Part shown: positions 1-13,683 of the stretch, in pieces | How positions within the stretch are numbered: position 1 is the first letter of the stretch | Layout of the letters: each line of letters begins with the position of its first letter | DNA from: Narcine bancroftii | Taxonomy: Eukaryota | Direction: 5' to 3' | Length of the DNA stretch: 64,000 nt | Assembly (NCBI RefSeq): GCF_036971445.1 | Contig: NC_091482.1 | Location: 16,430,001-16,494,000, forward strand | Notes under the pieces: model-generated | Database searches by the model: none | What the model was told of the DNA's origin: nothing | The model's input: only the letters and a program-made list of their open reading frames with translations | Made by a program: the position numbers and the translations under genes

Positions 1-737
1 ACTTGGGGATGAAAAATGCCTTTCCATGGCTCTGAAGAATTGTGCCAACTGAAAATGGACAGCAACTCCTTTCCTCTTTCCCTTACTTGAAATTGAACAT
101 TCAACTTCCCAGCATTATTAGCATTAGAACCATTACAACGCAGAAAGAGGCCATCCTGGCCCATTTAGATTGTGCCGAACCATTTTTTTTTGTTCTTAGT
201 CCAACTAACTCTCCATACCTCTCCCATCCAGGTACCTGTCCAAGTTCTTCTCAAATGTTAAAACGGTCCCCACATTCACCAGTTCAGCTAGAAGCTCGAT
301 CCACACTCTCTGAGTGAAGAAATCTGAATAGAATTTCCCCAAATTACATCAACAATAGTGAAATCCCCAAACTTTGTTTCCAGTTTAACTTTCAACCTCC
401 CTGGTCTGAACAACTTGGCTCACAAATGACTTTCACTAGTTGGATGGGATGGGGCTATTTCATCTGGCATGCTTTATTACATTGTCACCCCTCAGCACCC
501 TGAATGCCAGGTAAAATAGGGACATAGATAAGGTAAATGGTCAGTCTTCCACCCCCGCCCCCCCCCCCCCCACCAGAGTAGAGTCTATTGGGCAAAGATT
601 TAAGGTGAGAAGGGAAAGATTTAAAGGACATCAGAGGGAAAAGATGGTGGATACATCGAATTGAAGTGGTAAAAGTGGGTACAATAACAATGTATAAAAT
701 ACATTTTGAGGGGTATATAGAGAGGTAATGTTTAGAG

Positions 738-1450
738 CAGGGGTGGCCAAACCTTTTTGGTTATGGACCGCATACTGAAAAATATAAAGAGTCACGGGCC
801 AAACAATATCAAGCCCGGCAGTTTTCAATCAATTACACAGCAAGAAAAATGGTGTTTTTAGACCAGAAAACTTCTGTGCTGTCGAAAATTAATTTTATAT
901 CAAAATAACTATAAACAGTTTAACTGTTGACATTATACTAGTTTATTGATGTGGTTTCATATTACAGTAGGCAATTCTGTATCTGCTGCTCTTAAATTTA
1001 ATTTAAATGAATACAATAAAACTCTCATTCAAAAAGCAGAGCAAAATAAAAAAGCTGGGTGCAAAATAAGAACAGGAGGAGATCAAGGGACAAGAAGTCT
1101 CCAATATTCCTCCACAACTCTCAGTGAACATAGTTCATGGCCCAAGTGTCCACCTTAATGATATGATGCATTATGTAATAAATAGGCTATTAAAGTTAAC
1201 AGATTCCTTACAAATTGATCCCTTGCTTTTTGGTTGCGCCATATTTAATTAAATGAGGTAAATGGTTTCACCGTTGAGGAAGATTTCAATAATCAGTCTA
1301 GTTGTTGTTCAAAATGGCAGCGACGTCTAGTGTTAGAACACAGTGTAATGTACATACAGTGCAATTTATTGTTAGATTAAATTCTAATGGGCCACTTAAA
1401 AATGGGCAATGGGCCACAGTTGGCCCAGAGGCCATGTTTGGCCACCTCTG
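738..1450. mobile_element. hAT-type non-autonomous DNA transposon inserted in a CR1 LINE 3' fragment
   Basis: TIRs CAGGGGTGGCCAAAC ... GTTTGGCCACCTCTG; 8-bp TSD gtttagag/ggttagag; CR1-like sequence on both flanks (~520-737, ~1451-1540). Confidence 0.8.
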
Positions 1451-3016
1451 GGTTAGAGGGATTACAGGCTCCATGAAGGCAAATTCAGGTCAGCAACTGG
1501 CCAGAGTGGACAAGTTAGCAGAAGAGCCTATTTTCGCATTACTTAAACCACTTTTTGGGAAACTAAGCAATTTAAAGAGCCAACATTCAAATCACATTTA
1601 ATGCCATGATCTCAAATTCAGCCTTTCGCTTGTGTCTTAACTGCTTTGCTTACAGATCAAGATCACGCTGTTTCCCAATATTCCAGGCTCCATTCACAGT
1701 CTGCTGCTCTCAACTGCATTAGGAAATTATTCAATGTCCATACTCAAGCCAAGATGATTTCACCTTCTTTCCCCTCAGCTCACAGATGCAGGTAAAGTAG
1801 GCAAGCCACCATACCTAAACTTTATAGAAGCACAGTTGTAGGGAGGATGACTGCGCCTCATTGCTCTGCCCTCCTCAGTGATTGTGTTGGGGGGGGGGGG
1901 GGCGGGGGAGGGTGGCCTGTCTCAATCCAGCTGGGTTGTCAGAAAAAAGAAAAAAAAATATCAGCCTGGACCCGGGCCGCCATACCACAACATACCTATA
2001 ACTCCCTGATGACTGATTTATTCCCTTGTTGTGTGTGTTTTTATTGTCCTTTATCTTTTTTGATTCGTCAAGCGTTAAATATTATGTGTCATGAGAGCAG
2101 AAGAGGGGGAGGGTAGGAATGGGGATAAATTTGGACTCAACAGAGGAATCTGTATCAAATGGATTTGGATAAGTTGTAATCGGTGGTGATTGTACTCACT
2201 CACAATGATATTGTCTGGAAAATTATAAATTAAATATTCAAAAATAAAAAAGTAGGCAGCAGATTTGCCAGATTGCAGTTTTCCCCAAAACACTGGCATT
2301 TCAGGGACTGTATCCATGTCGTATTATCCCTGATAACTTCAGACTGTGCCATCTGGAGGCTTCCATAACCTCTGAACACACAAACATGCTTCTTCACCAG
2401 CCTGCCTAGGGAGCACCTTCCATCCACATCCCATCACGCTGCCCCTGAAAGCCGATATTTAATCACCTTTTTACTGTTTCACTCACCTGTGTGAATACGA
2501 CCAACACGATAAGGGGGGGGGGGGGGGGGTGAAAGGTCATTTTCATCCCGGTACTTACCTGCCAAGGTAGGCGTTTCGCATCGGCTCCAGTGTAAATGTT
2601 GCACGGAACCGGGTTTTCTTGGGTCAGTGTGTACGCTTCAATCCGATCCAACCTTTTTTTTTAAACAGGGGTCATTGACACAATCTACTCAGTGTGAAGG
2701 CAGCGAAGTACCAGAACTCCCCAGCAGCAAGAGGATTGCTGTAATATTGAGGAATGTCATTTTAAGAGCAAGTCGCCAAGATCATTGTTGACAGATAAGG
2801 TACTAATGGAACTGATTGAACAAGGAAAGACATTGAGAGGGTGGTGCACAAGTGCCATTAAAATGTAAAGAACTAATTTTCAGACCACTGTTGTGAGCAG
2901 AGGTTAAATTAGTTGTATCTCCATAATTTCGCACTTTCTAGTGGAGTTTAATTAGGTGATTTGTATTTAACGCACGGTTATGGTTGTTTTTAAACATTTT
3001 CCAAGTGCAATGATTT

Positions 3017-3611
3017 CACTGGACAGAAAACGTTTGCGAAAGGTTTGCTTCCCGAAAAAAAATTGGGGATGATGATAAACAAGCTAAACGTAAAGATAAT
3101 TTTGGATTTGCTGTATCGCAAAGGAAGTTAGAGAAACTTTTATTGAATTTAGCAAGTTTAATTGCATAATGATGCTGCCACTTTGCATCATTCTTGCCAC
3201 CGATTTTCGCTTGTACTCAGCATCTGACGCTGCTTGCGTCAGTGTCCAATAATAGTCGGCCGGTACTGATGGATTCCAGTGGCCCTGATACTGTTTCTCC
3301 ATGGTTGCAATGTCCTGGTGAAACTTTTCACCATCTGCATCACTCACTAAACTGCACTAAGATCAGTAGGGAAGATGTCCAAGTGCGAATGCAGGGAATG
3401 AATTGTCAACGACACGTTGTACTTTGTGGTTTTGAATGCTTGAAGTAGACTTAAAACTTGACAAGAAATCACAAAAAACCAGATGTATCTAAAAAAAAAT
3501 CAATTAAGTGACAGGAAAATTTGCAGGTGATTTTTATTTTGCTTATTAAGGGGAGGAATGCAATTTTACCAGCCAGAAGTGTTCAGGAAGCAAAATGTTT
3601 GTTATCCAGCG
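3017..3611 (-). mobile_element. Internally deleted CMC (Chapaev3-like) DNA transposon retaining the transposase C-terminus
   Basis: ORF 3084..3347 SDADGEKFHQDIATMEKQYQGHWNPSVPADYYWTL resembles the SDE(H/Q)GERFHQDI..MEKRYQG motif; imperfect TIRs CACTGGACAGAAAAC / GTTTGTTATCCAGCG. Family name from recall. Confidence 0.65.
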
Positions 3612-5639
3612 TTACCATTCAGTGTAACATCTTCAGCCACGTAAAATGATCCAAGGCACTTTGCAAAACAAAAATTAACACAGAACCACAAGGAAATATT
3701 AGAGCATTTTACCCAAAGTAGTCAGCTTTAAAGGGTGTATTTCATGGAAAGTCTTGGATCTAAATGTATGTGCAAATGGCAGAAAGCAGAGAAGGCTGGA
3801 AGAGGTTACACATTAATAGAAATATAAAATGGAGTAAGGGTGTGAAGACTAGGACGCGAGTATTATAACTCCAGAACTCGAGATGATGTCTTCCAACAAA
3901 GTTAAGTGTTAGTCGAACAGGATGTCCGGTGTTGGGTGATGAGTTTTAGATAACCTCAAGTGGTGTGAAGCCAATGGATAGTTCTGGAATAACCAAGGCA
4001 ATGAGGATTCAGAACTGCAAGCAGGTCTGTAAAGGGATGTAGTCCATCTTACCTGATGTTCCAAGGTTAATATCAGTACTTGTCAACAATTTACATCGAG
4101 TTAAATTTCCACTAATTGGTACTTAAATGAAATCAGCTCATCGACATTTTAATTCTTGAACCTGCTCACTAATTGACTAGGAATATCGGTCAGCAGAAAT
4201 CTTCCCATCCTTGTTTACACTGCATGGTAACATGTGCCTGCACCACCCCCCCTGCCCAAGAAAAACAAAAAGCATTTCTTCCATTCCTCCAAGATTCATG
4301 GATTCAAAGGCAAACCTGCTAATCAACCATTTTCAGTCAGCAGATTAAATGATATTGCAGCAGGAAATATTTCTGAGGATGATGCCTTGAAGTGAGGCAT
4401 CAAGGCAATGAAAATATGATTTGTTATGAGAAAACTATAATTAACTGTATAAGTATAATCTTGCTTTGAAATGGTTTTGCTTTTATTACACTTGTAAATC
4501 TATACAGGATGAGTATTTTCACTGTGGGAGAGAATCAGTAAAAAGAAAAGGGAACCAAAAAGATAAGAATTATCTGCATGAGTAATCTAATTTGCTGTGA
4601 CTCTGTATTTTTCAGACTTTAGATTGGTATTAGGTTGTATACACAAATGAATCTTATGGCACAGCAAAACAATTTCCATTCATTTATTTTTATTTTGCTT
4701 ATTAAGGGGAGGAATACAATTTTTTTTTCATCTAAAAACAGCATGAATCAACCTCATCAGTTGCTGGGATGAAAGGATAAGCTAATTTGACATATTGCCC
4801 CAGCAATGGATTGAAAATTGCTTTCATTAATTGCAAGTGGGGGAAAATTTCTGTGCAATACTGTAATTCTCTGGTTTTTCCCAACATCTGCAGGCTCTTT
4901 TGTTTATCTTACGGCAGACAAAAGGTAAAGAATATCATGTAGGTAACATGGCCTGTTCTGTGCTGTATATGGCTAAATGACAATAAAACTTCAACTCGAA
5001 TGGAGTTTGTTTACAATTTGCACTTACCACATTAAGTTACCTTCTGATCAATAGTACTTGGAATATTTTGTGAAACCATCACAAAATTCTCAAGTTTCCA
5101 TAGTGATCCCTCTGGAGCCAATGTTGAACGCCAGGCATCTCATGCAGCAACTGAACACACACCCCAGAAGGTCCTCAAATTAACATTTGTGACAAGTTAG
5201 TTCTTTGCAATTGGGATGGCAATTGGATTGCGACTATGGCTTCAATTAGTAATACTCTTGTTTCTAATTCAAGATTTGTGAATTAAAATCTGCTCAAGGT
5301 TGGAATAAATAACCTACTTTAACAGTTTAATGCAGTACTCAAGGGATCGCAGTTTTGCTTTTATTTTATTTTTGTATAGTACAGTGTGCTATCTGGCTTA
5401 ATTTCTCATTAAAAAATGAGTAAATAGATCTAAAAGACATGGAACTTCCCTCCATAATTTCAACTCGAAAGACAACAGCAGTGATTTAAAAAAACAAATA
5501 GTAAGGGAAACATTGCCAGATTTCTCTCCTAATTCTGTACCAACATTGTAATGTCCATGAGTTTTATTTGAGAACTACTACTTAGTCAGTTCCTCAACAC
5601 CAAGATAACTACATTTAGTTCTGTGCAGTGACAGTCCCA

Positions 5640-5975
5640 GGAATTAACTGGGTCAGGGTCCAGTGGAAAATGAACTCTGTCTAAACACTAGCATCAAATG
5701 ACAATTTCAAGCCGGGGATTATCCGCCTCTACCCCGACTCATATCCCCCGCATTTGCTGATGCCGGCGTCCTGATAAAACCAGTGGAAAAGGGACGGGAG
5801 AAAAGTCACCCATTTCCAGTCGAAGGCAGAACACTCCGATCCCCTGGGAGGAGTTGTGTTCAGTGGAAAAGCAATTAGTGTCCCAGTTCAGGGTGGCCCA
5901 GTGGAAATGGCACAAAGGGCTTCCTATCCCTGGACACTGCACAACCAATTAACTGGAATGCCAGTGGAAAGGGGG
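5640..5975. mobile_element. Partial PIF/Harbinger-like MITE
   Basis: CAGTGGAAA motif repeated five times, ending CCAGTGGAAAGGGG; matching left TIR not found. Confidence 0.45.
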
Positions 5976-6389
5976 TGGGGGAGAAAGAGAGATACACAGA
6001 GAAAGAGAGACACAGAGAGAGAATTACACAGCTATCACACCAATTCAACAGTAAGCTCTTGCAAGACGTGTTTGGTCAATTTTATCCTGGAAAGGTTTCC
6101 AAAAGTCACTATCAAGATTTGCAATTGAAAAGAAGACATCCGAGTTGACAACCTAAAGAACAAGACCTGGCATGGTGGCAAAGATTGGAGAAAAAAATGT
6201 AAACATGTCTATTTTGTCCTTGAACTATTGATCAATATATTTGGTAAATCTGTAATACAATTATCTTGACATTAAGACAATAAAATAAATAATAAATTTG
6301 AAGTGGATTCACCTGTGCCACATCAAAATAATAATCCTAATTCTAACTGGCCTTTAAAGCAGAGTACATGATGAATAAAGACAATGTGA

Positions 6390-6724
6390 CACTTATTTTT
6401 AAAAATTTTTATTATAATTTTTTATTTTTCACACTGTGAACCATATCAACCAAAATACAAACGTTTCCCTCTTAAATATACACAGTGGCATTTTCTCCCC
6501 TTTTTTCCCCCCTCCCTTCCCTCTCCACTTCCCCCTTCCCACCCCCCTCCAAACCCATTAAACATTCAACATATACAATACAATAAAACCATTAAACAAT
6601 GTCATCACACAATGAAAATAAACAGGAAAAATGTGTCATCTACTTTTACACACTGGATCAAGTCATTTTGTCTTCTTATCATTTTAAGGGGGGTGGAGGT
6701 TCGAGGCAAGCCCTCTCGATTATG
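6390..6724 (-). mobile_element. 5'-truncated L1-type LINE 3' end
   Basis: T-rich tail, C-rich tract, similarity to the 3' end of the 16457-17256 element; direct repeat aagacaatgtga at 6378-6389 and 6725-6736. Confidence 0.7.
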
Positions 6725-6769
6725 AAGACAATGTGATAGTTGAAGATACTTAACCATTGAAACCAAAAA

Positions 6770-7155
6770 GACTATTATCGAAATACACGAAGCTATAATA
6801 GATTTGTGTTCATCTGTAAAGTTGACTGCCTATTTTGACCCAAAAATCTAATATTTGCCAATGTATTGTGTGTAAAAATCAACCCCTATTTTTGGTACCA
6901 TCCGTCCACCCATCAGAGCTGCCGACACCTCGACCGTTGACTCTCCCTTGGCCCACCCATTATAACACCCAACGCCTCAAATGTGGACTTACCACCGATT
7001 CCTGGCCGACGAGCTGCCCGTCAGCGCTCCCGACGCTTCAAACAGCGCAGGTACTTAACACAGTCAAAAGCAGTATCCTCGTAAATATTCGACCCCATAA
7101 ATTTAACATTAAAATATGGTCGACAAAACTCTACTTTTACACAAGATGTACAGTA
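6770..7155. mobile_element. Tc1/mariner-type MITE (related to 48015-48893)
   Basis: Shares gtaaaaatcaaccc and ttacacaag..t.cagta terminal motifs with the 48-kb element. Confidence 0.45.
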
Positions 7156-7172
7156 TTTTGTTTCAAACCGCG

Positions 7173-8014
7173 CGTAACGAGCAGTAATAGGCAATGAACC
7201 AGTTTAATTTTAAAACACTAATTTTACTTCTAACTCAAACTATAGTCTTAACTTTTAAACATGCCTTAATAAATCTATCCCCAGCTCTGTGTGAGTGAGA
7301 TACCCAAACCATTACTGTCCAGGCCAAAATCTAGAAAGTTACTTTGATGTTTAGACTTTTAGATTTAGAGTTGAATCGTAGGCCTTTGAAACTTGATGCC
7401 CAGAATTGATGGGGAGACTGGATTGTGGCTGCCAGACTCACAAATTCTTCTTGTGTTGCCTTTGAAGAAATGTCCATCCACATGAGTCATGACAACACTC
7501 CTAGTCCTTTTGTAGACAAGACTTGAACCGGGCAGCCTCCACAAAGTTTCTAAGACCCTGGCACCGGTCTCTTCCAAGTAACTTCACTCCTCGTCTCACT
7601 TAAAATGAACCGGTCTCTCCAAGTGACCTCCACTATTAGACACAATGAAAATGAAGCACTTTGCTTCCCAAAAAGACCCTCCTGGCATAGGTCAATCCCC
7701 CAAAAAGGACCAGTCATTCAGAGAATGCTTTGCTCTGAATTTCACCCAAAAAAAATGGCTGGCTACAAGAGTTGTTTTCTCTTTAGCAGCCAGAATGGTT
7801 CTCACTTGCAAAAAAAAAAATTGGTGTCTTTGCAAATGTATCTTATTCTGGAACAGACCGTGACAAACCTTTCCTCAGTTCTTCCAATGTATCAAATTAT
7901 TACTAGGCTGTGACTTGTGCTTATGTGAAAGATTAACTGTGACCATTCAGTCCCTCCTGTCTATACTATCTCTTAAAGTGATAATCCCATTTTACTAAAC
8001 GGGAGCTCGTAATA
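7173..8014. mobile_element. Possible solo LTR (Gypsy-like)
   Basis: Degenerate inverted termini cgtaacgagc ... gctcgtaata; internal direct repeat accggtctctyccaagt; no clear TSD. Confidence 0.35.
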
Positions 8015-10851
8015 ATGTTAAGATCCAAGACAGTCACCAATCATCAGAAATAATTGATTGGCTATAAAACATGACGAGATAACGATGCAATTTGTGAAAA
8101 GCTCTCTACAGACACAGGTTATTATTTTGTTTTCAGAAAACTGCACATGTAGTTACGAGTCACAAGGGTATGAACAGGCAATGGTTGATTGGTGGTTAGA
8201 GACAGGGACTCAGATGTTCGAATGTGAACATCCATTGTGGCAAAGTGAATTCAATACAAGTCTGGTAAATTTAGGCATTGGTTCCAGTTCAGATGTCCTT
8301 CAGTAGAGCTTTTTTTTCCCCCTCTCTGATCTGGCCTACAAATGACTCTCAGTGCACCCAATGCTGGGCCCTAAACATTGCCATAACAATGTTACCCATG
8401 GGGCAAGAATATATTTAAATATTATTTTCTTTAATGGTGAAATGCACAGCTCTGCTTGTCAGAATAAAGAATGATGGAGTTCAGTGGAAACAAATGGGGT
8501 AACTTGCTGGATGGCAATTGGCTTTTACAGCTTGCAAAGCTCCTCAATGTACCAGTGGAACTGTGCATCCATCCTGCTTCATCCATCGACTTGCACAGCA
8601 AGCAGACACAAAGAGTCAGTGAAACACGAATTGTAAAAATTAGCCCTGTTCTTTATAGAAATTAAATATTGTAACCAAATGTACATAAACTGCTGGAAGT
8701 TTTCCTTTGCTGCTCAGATGTAACTCGATTTAATTAGTCTCAGCCAATCTTTACAGTCCAATAACATAACCTATTCACATAAAAATCATTGGACAAAAAA
8801 AATCCATCTTTGCATACTGTTTTCTTTCCCCCCTGCTTCTATCTCTCTAACTTGATTGTTGAGGCATTGCGAGATCAGTTATCTCAACAGGAATTGATCA
8901 CTTTTACTACTAAAATAATGTCCCTAAGAAAATTCAAAGCTTAGAAAATGACACACAAGGCAACTTACTTAGCTGAATTTTTCAAATGCTATCACTTAAA
9001 TTGATAAAATTGACCTGGCAGAATTTGTAGATTTAACCATCAAGTAGTTATTTTTTGACAACATGCCTCAAAGCAGACTATTATATAGGATATGAACTTA
9101 CTGTATGGAGATCTGTTTTGGTATGGTTTTGTTCTATTGGATTGTGTTACTGTTTGTGGCAAAATCTCTGGATGAAGACCATAATGAAGCCAGTAATCAC
9201 CTTAAAATGATCACTAATAGGCGCATTAAGTTTGCATATGACAACAATCTGCATTGTTCAGACTTGTATTGGTCATAAAATAATGTCCAGTCCTGGTGAC
9301 TCTTTACTCCACCTTACCCAGCTCAAGGCTTAGACTTCTTGTGCAGTTGTAACACGAGTCCTGACTGCTGTACTTAATACCCTGATCCAACAAGGCAAGT
9401 ATGCCAAATGTCCTCTTCCCTACCTGAATCACAACTTTCAGGGAATGATGTATATTAACCCCTAGCTCCCTCTGTTCTATCATTCACTGTGCAAGTTCTT
9501 CCCAAACTTCAACACACCTCATACTTGACAGAGTTAAAATGTCATTACTTAGCCCACTTTTGGTGTCATTTGCAAACCTAACCTATCTCATCATCCAAAT
9601 TTTTCCACACACCATTCCCTGCAGCACACCACCTGACACAGATGTCCAATCTGAAACATAAGCCCCCACTATCATAACCCAATTCCTAACGTCAAGTCAA
9701 TTTAGTATTCTTCAACCCCTTGTTATCACACCTTCCAGATCAGCCTCAGTAAGACTGTCACAGGATCTTTCTCAATTCCTGTTAACATTTACAGTGTTGG
9801 CCACATCGATCCCTTTGGACACTACGAACAAATGATACTTTGATTAGATCAAAACAATATCTCAATCATTTTGTCTATATTAGCTGGTTTTTTGTTTTTT
9901 TTTAAAAAAAGCTATTTAGCCTCCTCCCCTAGTGGGTAATACCACAAATCTTATTGCTTAGATCTTACACCATTAAGCAAGACTGAATTCATGAACCCAG
10001 TGATCTTTACCCATCTTGTCTTTTTGTGTTTGTGAATTTTAACAGGTGGCTTTCAAATTATACACCAGAATCTTGAAAAGTGAGCAAGGGGCCACTTTTG
10101 TTGCATGTCCAATACATTTTCTAGGGAGGAACTCAAATACCTATCAGGCCCTGAAGATTCTCTACAGCAAAAAAAAGTCTCATCTCCAAATCAACATAGC
10201 AGCAGTTTTTCAGGTTTGATGCTATCCAAAATACTGACACAATCCTGAAGTAAACAAGGCTGATTTTCAGCATTTTATTTAAAAAGAGATTATAAAAGTC
10301 ATGGAATAATAATTACAAGTATTATAAGATTCACCAGAATTTAGGGGAGAGTAGATAAATGAACAAGAGAAAGAGCAAAGGAAGGACACATGGACCTAGC
10401 AGGGTGAAATGGAATAGATGACTCATGTCCAAAAGCCAAATGGGCTGATGCAAATTGAAATGCATATACTACTTTTAAGAAAAATATAAGTAAATTCTAA
10501 ATCATTATTGTAGATATTTGCAGGCAGATCCCCTTGGCTACAGCGATCACTTAAATGTTACCCAAATGTACAGATGAGTTTCAAAGCACACAAGTTTGCC
10601 TAGTTGAGTGGGTCCAACTCAAACGACAATCTGTGCAGATGATCACATTTACACAAATAAAATTTATTATTCCACAACATGAATTAAAGTCAGTGTGGCT
10701 AACTCTTTATTCATCAAGGTTCCGTTTATACTGAAAATCAAAAGAAATAGGTTGAAACATTCACAGTAATTAAACTGGCCCAAACAGATCAAACATATGC
10801 ACAGCTGTTGAGCCATTTCCAAAGGAGATCACTTCATAGAGTATGCAGCCA

Positions 10852-10904
10852 TCAACCTGGGGGGCCTTTCATCCTCTTGCTAGTTATGCAATGTAAGAGA
10901 ATCC
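10852..10904 (-). CDS. MRM1: MRM1 last coding exon (GILLHCITSKRMKGPPG*)
   Basis: Acceptor ttccttctgcag|; completes the SpoU motif LNVSVAAGILLH; TGA at 10852-10854; phase consistent. Confidence 0.88.
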
Positions 10905-12083
10905 CTGCAGAAGGAAAAAAATTAAGAATCGGAGTCACATGATGCAAACAAAACTGGGATGCAAGAAACTCATCTTTGCTGTCAAACTTTCTGTTTTAAC
11001 TTACCGTCTTCTTTTGGTTAGAATGTGGTTGAAGCATTATCTCAGTCGATTAATCACAGTGACCTATTCCTCCAATTCGTTGCTTCAAAAAAAAATGCTA
11101 GGTATTTGATCTAGTCCATTACAATCCACCTTTGCAAAGTGAGCAGACTTCCATATTATTCTTATTTCATCCCAAGTGCTCAGATATCCATTGCGCCAGC
11201 CTCCCCGATTTCCTTGACCATGGCTCTCCCTGGCACACAGACTCCCCACCCCTCTGTATAATGGAATAAGCATCTTAGGATGGAGGCAACATAGACTGCA
11301 TGTAGCTGAGCTACAGCCCTTCAGAAAAGAGACACAAACTGTACAATAGAATTATAGTACACTGAGCACAAGAAACATGGGACCCAAACTGGCAAAGATG
11401 TGGTAAAAATGTCTTGTGTGACGCCATTGCCCATCAAATGCTGCTCTGAGATTATTGTTGGGAATTAATCCAATACTAGACGAACAGAAGGCAGAATGAG
11501 GTAGATGAAGGGCACTTTGAAGTTTTTAGTGATTTGATTAGTTTCCTCCAGTTACATTAAGGAAGCAAGAATTAAAACATTGTTTCTGCCCACACCTAAT
11601 CCCAAAAAATCAGGTTACCCAATTAATCTACATGTCCAATTATAGTAATCAGCTTAATATTTTTCAAATACAAATCATCTATCAGAAACATTGTTCCATA
11701 CCTTGCCAATTCTTTTCATTATTCACGAACTAAAGCATTGCCCATAAAATATTTAATTCCCGAATACAGCAAAGAAAGTGCAATGGCCAAAATACTGCAA
11801 AACGTAAGTAACTGAACATTTGTCAGTCAAATGAACGTGTAACCTCAAATATAACATGCACATCAGCAAAAGAGTGGCTTATGGATTAATTCTGAATTAA
11901 GATACAATATACAATTTTCACAGAGAACATTCCTCAATGCTTAGAACCCTTCAACGTGATATTTATGCCCAAAGGCTGACAGAGTGTTTGGTCTTCAATG
12001 CGAACATTTGTTGTTTCTAACCAAGATGGAAAATGAATTACACTTAAAGCAAATTGGTGTGGAATTATTTTGTTAACAATTAC

Positions 12084-12203
12084 CTGCAGCAACAGACACA
12101 TTCAAAGATTCGATCCCAGGCTGCAGGTCTCTTCCTGCTGGCACCGTCAGCAATGTATGGCAAAGGCTGCTTACATCATCGGAAATGCCAAAACCTTCAT
12201 TTC
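12084..12203 (-). CDS. MRM1: MRM1 coding exon 4 (GNEGFGISDDVSSLCHTLLTVPAGRDLQPGIESLNVSVAAG)
   Basis: SpoU/SPOUT motifs GNEG and ESLNVSVAAG; AG/GT boundaries; 120 nt. Confidence 0.95.
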
Positions 12204-12704
12204 CTGGCGATAAGAAAGAGAAAAACAAATTTGATATCCATGAAGGATTTATTCTTCCAACCCACCAATGAAACAGATGGTAAGGAAGGTACTTTGAATG
12301 AAATGAAAATAGTTGGCAGATTCCAATCACTGCTAACAAAACTCAGGTTTTACCAACAATTTGGTCAAGTGCCAAAAAAGATTCTGTGCATTTCGTACAA
12401 CTAATACATTAGGCTAATGCAGATAAATATAAATGTAGATAATACATGGTCAAAGTTCACAGAGGATCCAGGGAATTGCACTGCTACTATGATGGAGTCA
12501 TTTTGTGATGTCCCAGGATCTGGATGTCTAACCGGAATTTAATTTCAGAGCCTTAATCTCATTCTTTAATTGATGCAAAATGTTAACCTTGATGCAAAGA
12601 TTCCAGTGATGAGTTTACTGCCACGGACAGCTGCAGAATAAACCTTCTCTCCCTCGTTAGGTTACCCATCTTCACATTTTTTTAAAAATCCTTAGGATAT
12701 CTTA

Positions 12705-12905
12705 GGCCAGTGTGGTTAGGCCAACACTGTTACACTTGCATCGACCCAGGTTTGAATCCAGTGCTGTCTGTAAGGAGTTTGTATGTCCTCTCTGTCACTG
12801 CTTGGGTTTCCTCCCTCCCTCCAAAAACAATGGGGTTTGTAGGTTAATTGGTGTATTTGGGCAGTATGGGCCGGAAGGGCCTGTTACCATGCGACATCTC
12901 TAAAA
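12705..12905 (+). mobile_element. tRNA-derived V-type SINE
   Basis: B-box ggtttgaatcc, core tgtctgtaaggagtttgta, tail gggcctgttacc, A-rich end. Confidence 0.7.
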
Positions 12906-13459
12906 AAAAAAATTAGCATGTCAAATCACCTCAATTAGTTATTATGTAGGCAAGTTCACCCAAGTTGCACAAAACAAGGACCCACAAAGAATAAATGAGC
13001 AAATATTTTTCTTTGTACGCGTTCAATAATAAATATTGAATTTGAATTCAGAGAATTCCCCTGACGAGGCAGAAGTTTTAATGTCTCTCTGAAAAGCACC
13101 ATATCACTTTACACTTTTTGGTGTTGAACTGGATATAAATTCTAGCTTTTTTGCTCAATTACTCAAGCAAAGAAAAATAGATCAGTTTATGATTGCTGCA
13201 GAACACAATACAGAATTGGTATAATTAAAACACAATTCTGTATTTTCATAGTGTAGCACCCTTGAAAAGGTATTGGCTCACAATGAAATAAACAAGAAAT
13301 TTGATTTCTATTATTTTTATCTTCAATGAAAGCGTCACAGTTTCCAGATTAAGGCATCACTACAGCAGGTTAATGCAAAGTCTAACTCAACACTATTTTA
13401 TTTTGTTTTAAAACATTCAATTCTCATGCCTATAATTTACCCGCAGCATTTAGCATTAC

Positions 13460-13580
13460 CTAAAACAAGTATAGTCCGTTTATTCCACTGGAACTCAGTA
13501 CAAGGAATGACTGGTACAAGGGTGCTTTCAGCCAAATTTCCAACAGTACCTATTATTTTCCACCCTTCAGCCGCTTTTGC
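13460..13580 (-). CDS. MRM1: MRM1 coding exon 3 (AKAAEGWKIIGTVG...FQWNKRTILVL)
   Basis: Translated by hand (not in ORF track); matches MRM1 GW..GTVG...F.W..PT.LVLG; acacag| and |gtaatg; 121 nt. Confidence 0.93.
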
Positions 13581-13683
13581 CTGTGTTGAATTTAAAGATA
13601 AACAGATTAAGCAACATCACAATTTTTTTTAGAAATACTCTTAGGGGGGAAAAAAATACTTAATATATCTGATGTTTTGTTAC

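Noticed and set aside
2552-2566. TACTTACCTG resembling the U1 snRNA 5' end
   Set aside because: Similarity stops after 10 nt; it is simply the complement of a splice donor
11005-11229. Possible cassette exon in the last MRM1 intron (strong ACG|GTAAGT donor)
   Set aside because: Acceptor lacks a pyrimidine tract, and inclusion would truncate the conserved GILLH motif; no other support
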